Shown in pieces: positions 45,601 through 57,600 of a stretch of 64,000 nucleotides of DNA. A model generated the notes under the pieces. That model had not been told where the DNA came from, ran no database searches, and saw only the letters and a list, made by a program, of their open reading frames with translations. Made by a program: the position numbers and the translations under genes. How positions within the stretch are numbered: the stretch's first letter is position 1; every line of letters starts with the position of its first letter. The stretch comes from Chiloscyllium plagiosum (taxonomy: Eukaryota). The DNA lies in assembly GCF_004010195.1 (NCBI RefSeq), contig NC_057731.1, forward strand, positions 33,826,225-33,890,224, in the 5' to 3' direction.

Positions 45601-48600
45601 TATGCTTGACAGGAACAACATGACTTAGGATTTAGTTTTTCCACCGTGTAATTTCTGGTTGTAAACACTATGATAGTGGTATTAGAAGGCCACCTATATG
45701 AATCTTCACCTTTGTTTGTCTTTCAGTTCCTTCGTTCCTATGAGAACAATATCTACTGTGTATTTCACTTGATCATATTAGTTCTATCCTTCAATGTCGT
45801 TACATTTCACGCACCATCACTGGCTTTGGCTTTTAACTTCTCAAGGTTGATATAACAATTTTCAAACACAACTGAGTTACATTGCCCTCACCTTCTGCTT
45901 GTTTTTAAATGTCTTTTTTACGTTTCCTTCCTGACTCTTTATTCTATTTAGAGTCATAGAGTCATAGAGATGTACTGCATAGAATCAGACCCTTTGGTCC
46001 AACTCGTCCATGCCGACCAGATATCCCAACCCAATCTAGTCCCAACCCAATCTAGTCCCAACCCAATCTAGTCCCAACCCAATCTAGTCCCACCTGCCAG
46101 CACCTGGATCATATCCCTCCAAAGTCTTCCTATTCATATAACCAAATGTCTTTTAAATGTTGCAATTGTACTAGCCTCCACCATTTCCTCTGGCAGCTCA
46201 ATGCATAATCGTACCACCCTCTGTGTGAAAACGTTGCCCCTTAGATCTCTTTTATGTCTTTCCCCTCTCACCCTAAACCTATGCCCTCTAGTTTTGGACT
46301 CCCCACCCCAGGGAAAAGAAATTGTGTATTTATCCTATCCATGCCCCTCATAATTTTGTAAACTTCTACAAGGTCACCCCTCAGCTTTCGACACTCCAGG
46401 GAAAACAGCCCCAGCCTGTTCAGCCACTCCCTATAACTCAGATCCTCCAACCCTGGCAACATTCTTGTGAATCTTTTCGGAACCTTTTCAAGTTTCACAA
46501 CATCTTTCCGATAGGAAAAGAACCAGAATTGCATGCAATATTCCAACAGTGGCCTAACCAATGTCCTATACAGCCGCAACATGACTTCCCAAGTCCCGTA
46601 CTCAATACTCTGATCAATAAAGGAAAGCATGCCAAACGCCTTCTTCACTATCCTATTTACCTGCGACTCCACTTTCAAGGAGCTATGAACCTGCAGTCCA
46701 AGGTCTCTTTGTTCAGCAACACTCCCTAGGACCTTCTCTTAATCTCCTTTTATCTTGACTGCTCCCTTAAGTGTCCTCTTACTTCATCCTACATTTTCCT
46801 CCATCTAGCATAATTTTTCTTTCCCTTATATTTTAGTTTATTGGACATGAAAATAAACTCTCAGAAGCAACATTCATGAGGTCCCTGCTATGACATTGGC
46901 ATTGCTGTGCCATTATTGATTCAAAATCCCAATTACTTATACTACATAGAGTGCGATGTGAGTGGTGAGCTTTGAAGCTCACCTGACCTGCTATTGCAAC
47001 AGTTTTTGGCCTGTTTACATTTATTTGCATGTGATAAGTGTAAGAAATCAGTAATGGTTAGCTTATTTCAGAGATGAGTAATCTAATACAATTCAGCAGT
47101 ATAACTGAGAGTGAAAGCTAATGGATAAAGTTACACGCAATGTATGATGGAACAATTTTTCCATACTTCAGGGAAGTACTACTGACAATTCTTACTCGAT
47201 TTTTGAGAAGATACATTGCTGCAAGGCAGTTCTATCATCTTTTACTGAGGTATGTTATAATGTGTGTTTTGAATGACAAAGTAGTACTCAAGGACATTTT
47301 ATTCCACATCAGAAGCTCAGTGTTGACTGATATATGCAAGCTTTATTTTATTTTACTTTTATTTTGATGTCATTTTTTTTCTTTGTCTGTCTGGGTAATT
47401 ATAGTTATTGTTAAGGCTAATAACATATTTAATAGTTTATGCTGATGCAATGTTTCAGATGCCACTAGGAAATGATCTTTTAGGGGAGGCATTCAGTCTG
47501 TGGGCGAAGGTCTCATTCAGATGCTACAGTCACAATTAGAACTGATCCTCATGTTCCACTTGTAGATCAAGTGACCACAACTTCCCTGACTGACCCTTAA
47601 GCAATTAAGTTCTGTCCACATTCTGTGGAAGATTAAAACCTTGAAACTTTGGTCAAGTAGCAGGTTTACAGTCACCCAAGAGATGTATGATTAAGAAATG
47701 GCATTATTGTTAGTTTGTCAGGTGCAGTGTGTGTTCATGTAGGGGCTACAGGATTTCAGATGACTGAGTGGGTCTTCTTTGAGGTTCTATGTCAATGGGG
47801 GTGCTTTATTATCTGTCAGTCAGTGATGTTGTAGAAGGAGAATAAGTTTTGCCCTACTCAGGGTTACTCAGATAAATCCTATCTTCTCTTCCTATTTATC
47901 AGTTTTGCTTTTATATTATGTTTTATAAAATCATTATACCGTAACAGTTTTTTGTAGCTTATTAAACTTCATTTTAACTTAATCTGCTGGATATATGAAA
48001 GATAACCCAGTTGCCATCTTAAAATTTCTGTTCGTAAAATTCAACTTAGAAAGCATGGACTTCAAGCATAGACATTTCCGTAATTTTCCAAGGAGCTAAT
48101 TTGAATTTCTCTTAGACATTGAGATTGCCATCATAACAAATGTCAATAAAGCATCTTGAAACAGTAGTACATATTATTCTGAGGATTGTGGATCAAAGTG
48201 GGTTCCCAGATAAATTGTGTCTCTTCTTTTGTTTTTGCCCCAACTCCAGTTCACAAAATTCCTGAATAATTTGCACTGCCAACATTTTTTTAATGATTTG
48301 GAGATGCTGATTTTGGACTAGGGTGTACAAAGTTAAAAATCACACGACACCAGGTTATAGTCCAACAGGTTTACTTGGAAGTATGAGCTTTTGGTGTGCT
48401 GCTCCTTCATCACGTGGTTGTGAGGAGCAGCACTTTGAAAGCTAGTGCTTCCAAATAAACCTGTTGGACTATAACCTGGTGTTGTGTGATTTTTAACATT
48501 TTTATACTGTTTGTAAGTTATTCTGTTTTATTTGGGTGACCAAGATAAGAAAGAGTCTTAGACAGAAATTAAATAGCACTATTCATGTCGACTAAATAAC

Positions 48601-51600
48601 ACACTAAAGTAATGTTCAATATTTTTTCTGACCAGTATTGTTCAACATTTGCCTAATTACAGACTTAAACTTAATGCAAAGTCCATCATTACATTTGAAA
48701 ACTTTTATTCACACTTCAAAGAACAAGAACCAAAGGGGTATCCAGCTTGGATGGATCCTGTAAAAAGGCCCCAGGAAAACAAAAGAATGAGTGCAACACA
48801 AGTTCACATACAATTGAAAGCAATGGTTCGGGAAAGGTAATATCAATGTTTTTATAAAAATGTGAAGAAACAGTTTTTTTATTGTTTGCTTTAAACTTGA
48901 AAAGTATCTTTCTCTCTGTTTCCTTAAATGAAAAAAAAGTTATGCCTCATTAATGATAAGCTCTACTTGTGGTGTTCTCAGCTTTTAATAGACAGTGGGA
49001 TATTTATTTGGTGGGTGTTACTGACATGCCTAGTAAGTGGTAAGACTGTGTATGATTTTGCCACTGTTCAATAGGGTCTCTCATAGAAATATTGACACAA
49101 AATGATGAAATGACACAGCAAAATGTTGTAGGGTACTGGACTCAGGGTATGTGAAATCCTTAGGAGCTTAACACTGGTATTTGTCGATTTACATTTTCTC
49201 ATACGTGAATGTTTTATGCCTATACCTTTTGTATTCTTTAATTTGTTCATGGATTGTGCTAGCATGGTTGGTCGTTGTTCCCATCCCTAACTGTTCTTGA
49301 AAAGTTGGTGGTGAGCAGCCTTATGGGATTGTTTTAATATATCTGATATATGTACACCTACCATGCTGTTGCTAAACACTTTCAGGATTTAGACCCAGTG
49401 GGAGTGAGGGTGTTGGTGATATATTTTCAAGTCAAAATACTGTGGTATGGAAGGAAACTTGAAAATGGTGGCATTTTCTTGCGCCTATTGCTCTTATTCT
49501 TCTAGATGGTCAAAATTGTTTGTTTGGAAAGTACTTTCAAAGAAGCCTTGGCACCCAATGCTGCCAGTGTACAGCAACGTGAATGTTGAAGGTGGATGGG
49601 TACCGATCAGTGAGATGCATTGTTAAACATTGTGTTGAGCTTCTTGAGTGTTGCTTAAGCTACACTCATCCGAACTAGTGAAGAACATTCCACCATGTTC
49701 CTGAGTTATACCTTGTAAATAGTGGACAGGCTTGGGTTGTCAGGAAATCAGTTACTTGCTGCAAAATGTGAAGTCTCTAACCTGTTCTTATAGCCACAGT
49801 ATGCCTATGATTAATCCAGTCACGTTTCTGATAAATGGCAATTTCTAGGATGTTGACTGTGGGGATTCGACAGTGTTAATGCCTTTGAAAATCAACCAGA
49901 AATGGTTAGATTTTCTCTTGCTGGAAATGGTCATTTCTGACACTAATGTAGCACAAATGTTACTTGTCACTTAGCCCAAGACTGATTGTTGTTGAGGTCT
50001 TGCTGCAGACTGGCACAAACTCTTTCAGCGTCAGTAGAGTTGTGAATGCTACAGAACATCCCCATTTGTGACTAGCTGGTGGTGGGAAATCATTGATGAA
50101 GCAGCTGAAAGTGGTTAGATCTTAGACACTACCCTGAGGGACTCCTGAAATATTACCCTGGTGCTGAAATAGTTGGCCCTCCAACAACCACAGCTCTCTT
50201 CTTTTATTCTAAGTATGACTCCAGCCCATGGAGAGTTTTGCCCTTGATAGATCTTCTGGTAAATCTTTCTAGATCGTTTTGATATACTTGGCCCTGTGTT
50301 GCCTTGTTGTGAAGGACCATCATTCTCAACACATTAGCATTTCTGCAAAAGCTGCTAGATGTAAAGAATCACTTAAGTTCAGTGTTTGAAGGTTATTAGA
50401 TTTTATTTGATTGAAATAACACAGGAGTAGTTTGAGATCAACAAAAATAAAACAACACAAGTCCAGAGCATGTGGCGATATTCTAGTCTGAGGCTTGGTA
50501 GTCATTTCTCATAATATGATCATTAAACAGGGTTTATAAGATACATGCGCAAGTGACTAATGTTGAGAAATGCAAAGAATATTTTTCATGGTGCACTGTG
50601 ATAAACCAATATAGTTTAAACAGTGGATTAAAAAAAATCCTGTAATGAAAGGAGATTATTTGCAGTCAATTTAAACTGAAATGACACTAAATAGGGGCAG
50701 ATGTTGCACCTTGAATAATTCCTGTTTATTTCTTTCATTGTCCTCATGCCCACCTGCATTTCTGAAACTCAGAGGTTGATGCCATCTTTAAGGCCACTAT
50801 CATTCAAGGCTATGGGCCTAATGCAGAAAAGTGGGAGTGGTGTTGGTCGCAGTTTATTTTTGGTGGTACAGAATTGATGAGCCAAAAGGACTCTTCTGCA
50901 GTCTGTGATTCTATATCAGTGTCAGCAATTTGCTGATTGTTAGGATATTTGTAATGGGAGAAAGTGAGGTCTGCAGATGCTGGAGATCAGAGATGGAAAT
51001 GTGTTGCTGGAAAAGCAGGCAGCATCTAGGGAACAGGAGAATCGACGTTTCGGGCATTAGCCCTTCTTCAGGAATTCCTGCAATGCCCCAAGCTACCAAT
51101 AGTCCCCTGGTCCTGAATTCCCAACCTATCGTAAGCCCTCACCTATACTTGACAACCAAATCCCTAACCATCTAGCACCTGCATCCCCTCACTACCTGGC
51201 CTACTTTCCTGAAGAAGGGCTAATGCCCGAAACGTCGATTCTCCTGTTCCCTAGATGCTGCCTGACCTGCTGCGCTTTTCCAGCAACACATTTCCATATT
51301 TGTAATGGGGCCATGCAACCATTCCCCATCTGATGAAGCAGGTCTCTAGAAACCAAATTGCACCTCAGAATGTGTAAATATATAAATCTGCCTAACACAC
51401 GATTTTGTCTTATTTCCAGACCACTGGAACTGAGAGATCTTTTTATAAAAGTGGATAACGGTAGAATGCTTCCAGTCACATTTCAAAATGTTTTGCATCA
51501 ACTAGGAATTGAAATGGAACAAGAAGAATTCATAAAACTGTTGGAAAGGTACTATTAATAACTGCAATATTAGTAATGCAGTGATTTGTAGCAAATGGTT

Positions 51601-54600
51601 TGATGGCATGCAAGACTTGTATGATTAAAACACACAAAAAATCTGATTTTCGAAGGCTTATAACGCTTTTCTGAAGCAAGTGGCATTTTGGGGCAAGTGT
51701 TAAAACGCTTAAAATGAACACGTTCATATGTCCATTATGTGGTTAATAAATCTTGTGATCTGGTTGGAATCCCCATTTCCGAACAAAAATAGACTAAAGG
51801 TTGCCCACTTTACTTTGGTGGAACTTATCATGTGAACATCTAGGACATTTCCAGCTGAAGCAGCATACATGGGGTCAATAATACACACAACCAGCAGTGG
51901 AGTAGATCAGTGCTGAAACCACACACCCTTTTTCCAGTAGTAGGTGCAGTATTCAGTGGCTTAAAAGTCCTGTAGCCACTTTGACAGCTGAGAGAAGGAC
52001 AGTGTGTCTAGTAAGGGAGAGGGTTGAATGGCAGGTGGATGTGCTGCAAGGTGCCAATGGGGGGAGGAATAGGATGCCATGTGAGTTAAAGGAAGAGTGT
52101 CAGGGAGGAGTAAAGAGTGAGAGGGTTACAGATGGCAGATGGATGGAGATGTACAGGTTTGAAACTTTATTGCTGGAACAGCACAGCAGGTCAGGCAGCA
52201 TCCAGGGAACAGGAGATTCGACGTTTCGGGCACAGGCCCTTCTTCAGGAATGTTTCCTGAAGAAGGGCCTGTGCCCGAAACGTCGAATCTCCTGTTCCCT
52301 GGATGCTGCCTGACCTGCTGTGCTGTTCCAGCAATAAAGTTTCAACTTTGATCTCCAGCATCTGCAGACCTCACTTTCTCCTCGGAGATGTACAGGTGCC
52401 AGGTAGTGAGGGGATGCAGGTGCTAGATGGTTAGGGATTTGGTTGTCAAGTATAGGTGAGGGCTTACGATAGGTTGGGAATTCAGGTCCAGGGGACTATT
52501 GGTAGCTTGGGGCATTGCAGGGATTATGGAAGGTATAGGATAGTACGGTGAGTAATCGGATATGTAGGGGTTGGGTCAGCAAATGCCTGCATCAGAGACA
52601 TTGAGTCTAGGCAAGCAATGGGATAGGATGTGAATTGGGGATGTGTACATCAAGACCATGGAGTGGAGGTGGGGAGTTGAGGGTCAGGATGTGTGTTGTA
52701 TTATGGGGTGGTTAAAGGTTACGTCGAGCTGGGGAGTCAAGGAAGGGGGAGCATCAATCAGAGATTGGGGGTTAGGGAGTTGCTGGGATGTTGAGATGAG
52801 GGTCAGTTTTCTAATTATCAGCAGTTACAGCAGGTTTTTAATTCCATAATTTGTCCTTGCTAACTATTTAGCTAAGTGAGTTAGAACCATCCAAAACCTC
52901 TGAATCTACCTCGGAGTTGGAGACATTTTCAGGGGGCTATAGACTCTGTGCAATTGTCCATTGTAAAGTTGGGTCGATTCAGCTGTGTTAGGATCTTTGC
53001 TTGGTCCTGACACGTAAATCTCATCTATGCTGCTACAGTGACTACTTCTCCATAAATGGTTCTGGGTCAAAATGTTTGAATCCTATTTTTAAAATATTAA
53101 AACTTTAAGAGATCGCAAACCTCAGGGGCAAAGTTAGATAGCACCTGAAAACCTGAGATAATGATACAGGATTAACCTGTGCTCGTTTATTCTGCTGCTT
53201 GATGTTTTCATTCAGCCAGCATTAAGGTGCTGTTGAGTGAACAAAACAGTGAGATGCTCACACGAGTTCATGCTAAACTGCAAGAGTTAAAATCAACTTG
53301 TACCTCTTAAGAGGAAGGCATGTTGTTCTGAAAATTAGCTTGACCTGGTAAACATAGACAAATAGCACAACTTAGTGGAGAGTAGACTCCAAGTTTCTCT
53401 GATGTAGCACTGGAGACCATGGTGCAGGAGATAATAATAAGGAGAGAGATTCTTTAAGCACAGGAGACCTTTTGGACAGATACTGTAAAGGCAGCCAACT
53501 GTCATGGTCAATGCCTGTGGTATAGGATTGGAAGCAGGTGCCACAAAACATTCAATGGCATCCCACATTGCTCAAGGTTTATAAATGTATCCACATGCCA
53601 TATCCTTAAACCTGAACCATAAGCTCAGTTCCCTACACTCTGTCCATTCAATCTCTGTAAGTCATCACTTATGCCTCACCATCATCTTGCCCTCAAACCC
53701 TGGACTCTGAGAGCCTCTCAGTTTGCACACAATGCTACCTTTTCAAAACCATTCAACCATATCATTACTATCATACCTCACCCAGTGATGCACTGTCTTC
53801 TTCCCTGCATTACAAGATGGTGCAATACTGGAGGCAGCAGCAATTCACCATCATTGAACCAGCCATGTCTGAGGCTGTGGCCAGCAGCGGTGTTGAGAAA
53901 ATTGAAGATAATGATCTAAACCATCTTTTTAAATCTCACATCCTTAAAGTGTGTGATTTAAGGATATACTTGCTACATCCTTGCACATGCAACTTTATCA
54001 TTGTGCCTTTCTTCTTTCAGATAGCCGAGAACCTGGCTAGTCAGAGGTATAGGAGCAAGCAATTAAAGAGGAAATGTGGAATAATGATGAAGAAACAGAA
54101 TTACTTACTTTTCAGAATAGTTTGGAGGAGGGATGTGCATATGCTGAAATACTTAGTAACCTGCAGTTAGGAGAGGGGAAACCAGTTATCCAGATGTTAG
54201 CTTACAGATGGATCTGCTGCAGAGGACTCAGATGAGGGATGGAATACAGGAAAGGCTGATGGGAGTGCACAGTGAAATAGTTGGTACATCTCAAATACAG
54301 AAAACCTGTGGTCAATGTCAAGCATTTGGAGGAGTCATATTGTCATAGAGATCTACAGCATCATTTCCATGTTAGTCAAAAACAATCACCTAACTCTTCT
54401 AATTCCATTTTCCAGCAGTTGGCCCATAGCCTTGTCTAGATTAGAATGGTGCTGGAAAAGCACAGCAGGTCAGGCAGTATCCGAGGAGTCGGAAAATTGA
54501 CGTTTCAGGCAAAAGAAGGCCTTTAGCCCAAAATGTCGATTTTCCTGCTCCTCGGATGCTGCCTGACCTGCTGTGCTTTTCCAGCACCACTCTAATCTAG

Positions 54601-57600
54601 ACTCTGATTTCCAGTATCTGCAATACTCACTTTTGCCATAGCCTTTTCTGTCTTGGCATCACAAGTGCACATGTAAATGCTTCTTCAATATTATGAGGGT
54701 TTCTGCCTCTACCAACATTACAGGCAGTGAGTTCCAGATTCCTACCACCCTCTGGGTGAAAACAATTTCTCCTCACATCTCTTTGGAAACCTTCTGCCTC
54801 TTCTCTAAAATCTATGCCCCCAGTTTTGGATTACTTCATCAAGAGGAAAAGTTTCTTCCTGTCTATAAACCTCATAATTTTATAATCATCCCCCATCATG
54901 TCCCTTCTCAGTCTCTGAAGGTGAGGTGTGGAAATGTTGGTGAATAGGGAATTCAGTTTGTGTTCACTGGGACTGCAGTTGGACGAGCTGATCATGAACA
55001 CTTTGATCAGAAAAGGACAAGATTGGTTGCTTATCTTTCTCCTCTTCCTCCTCCTCTTCCACTTCTCATCTGGTTGCTGTACACTCCAGTGGCAAGGGCA
55101 GTGCCTTCATGATAGAGCAGACAAATTGTGACATATTCCACCAAGCATTGGTACACTGCATCAGAACAGTCCAGGCTGAATGTTGGCTTCACTGCAAAGA
55201 GGTTTTATTAAGATCTTCTTTGCAGCGATGGAAATATTGTAGTGAGATCCATTTTAACTCTTGGAGAGAAGTGGTGTGAGTACATATATTTCTGGTGCAC
55301 TACAAGCCAGGTTCACTAAATGCTTAGAAAAAGTGGATGCTTGTCCCTGTTCTCTGAATGCAACCAGAGCTAGAATGTTCTCCAAGGAAAGAAAGAATTC
55401 CAACAGCAGACAGTATAAATAAGGTAATGTTTTGCTGAAACCAACATTCCAACAATGGTCTCCAATCATTAGCTGTGATATAAGTACAGTTTTACAGATT
55501 CCAGGATATTTAATTGGTCAGTTGGTAGCATTAGTTAATGTACATTAGGTGTCCACAATAATTTTGGAATGTTTTAAGAGTAAAAAGCATATTCATTAAA
55601 AAATTGTGATAATGCAGGAGATAGGTGATATGATACAAGATTCAGCAAAGCCATTAACCTTGTAGTTAACGTATGGTCAGGGTTTCTTTTTCAGGAGCAG
55701 CCCCAGTGTAGATGATACACTTTGCAAATGGCTTTTCAATGCAAGGAACAACACATTGGAGAGGTCTTGTCACCATTCGGTATTATTCTTTCACAATGAG
55801 AATACGTCTTACATATTACATTAAATAGCTTAAGTATTTAAGTCATTATTTCTTGAAAAGAAAACAAGTCCTCCCCATTACAGTGATATAGAACTCGACT
55901 TTCTAGACTTTGATTTTGATTACTCATTATTCCCTTTCCATGCTAAACTTTTTCTGAGTTTTATTATCCTTTATCATCTCCATTTCCAGGTATGACCCAG
56001 ATGATCTTGGAATCGTTAAAGCTGGCAGTTTAATGAGGGCTTTGGGTTTCCAAACAACAGGTGAGAACAGAGCAGGATGGGGAGCAGTTCCATCAGCACT
56101 TGGCAAATCGACCAGATTCAGATTGCCAGAAGATCAACCAAGTATGTCTGGGTGCTTCCTTTATTCTTCATGGAGCTACAGGGTTGATTTTAACCATTAA
56201 GCTGTTGACTGGCTGTTCCATAGTGCCAGTAGGATGTCCAGTATATTTTTATGGTCAGGCCTTGCTGACATATTTGTAGTGAGCTGCAAGCAGCACATGG
56301 GTGTTGCGAGGCAGATTTCAAGCTCCAGGTTAGGAAAAAGTGAGGTTCATGGAGAGTTGGGACTAGGGAGTCCAGGGAGGCTGAAGCCCACATTATTCTT
56401 TCTCCTCATGGCCTCATCAGTATAATGCCACTTCTATTTTATTCTGAATTAGTGTCCATTGCTCAGCAGGCAGTAAAACCAGCACTGGGGTCCTACTTAT
56501 GGCATAGGGCCCTGATTTTCTTACTAAACCTCGGTTCTCCTGGTAGATGGGGGTGTCTTATTGCTAATTGGGATATGGGCCAATGGGCTGAAGAGTGCCA
56601 GATGGAGTTTAATTTAGATAAATGCAAGGTGCTGCATTTTGGAAAGGCAAATCAGAGCAGGACTTATACACTTAATGGTAAGGTCCTGGGGAGTGTGCCT
56701 GAACAAAGAGATCTTGGAGTGCAGGTTCATAGTTCCTTGAAAGTGGAATCGCAGGTCGATAGGATAGTGGAGAAGGCTTTTGGTATGCTTTACTTTATTG
56801 GTCAGAGCATTGAATATAGGAGTAGGGAGGTCATGTTGAAGCTGTACAAGACATTGGTTGGGCCATTTTTCGAATATTGTGTGCAATTCTGGTCTTCCAT
56901 CTATCTGAAGGATGTTTTGAAACTTGACAGGGCTCAGAAAAGATTTACAAGGATGTTATCAGGATTGGAGGATTTGAGTTACAGGGAGAGGCTGAACAGG
57001 CTGGGGCTGCTTTCCCTGGAACAACGGAGGCTGAGGGGTGACCTTAAAAAGGTGTATAAAATCATAAGGGGCATGGATAGGGTAAATAGTTATGGTAAAT
57101 AGGGTAAATCCATCTTTTCCCTGGGGGGGGGGGAGTCCAGAACCAGAGGGGTAGGTTTACGGTGAGAGGGGAAAAATCTAAAGGAGACCTAAGGGTCAAT
57201 CTTTTCATGCAGAGAATGGTAGTGTGTGGAATGAGCTGCCAGAGGAAGTGGTAGAGACTGGTACCAATGCAACATTTAAAATGCATCTGGATGGCTATAT
57301 GATTAGGAAGGGTTTAAAGGGATATGGGCCAAGTACTGGCAAATGGGACTACATTGGGTTAGGATATCTGGTCGGCATAGACAAAATAGACCAAAGGTTC
57401 TGTTTCGTGCTTTATATCTCTACGACACTATGACTCTATATATGTGAGTACCCAGCCAGGTAGAGGGAGACAACATATCCCTTAAATGAGAATTAGATGT
57501 AATAAAAATAAAATGCATGTTAATCAATCACATTAAAGTGCCTGAAGCTGTAACAAATCTTTGGCTTTGAATGTGTAAGAACGTGTATGTGAACCTGAGG

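Noticed and set aside
56425-57102. 225-aa ORF as a host gene
   Set aside because: It is a CR1 ORF2 fragment fused by chance to upstream intron sequence.
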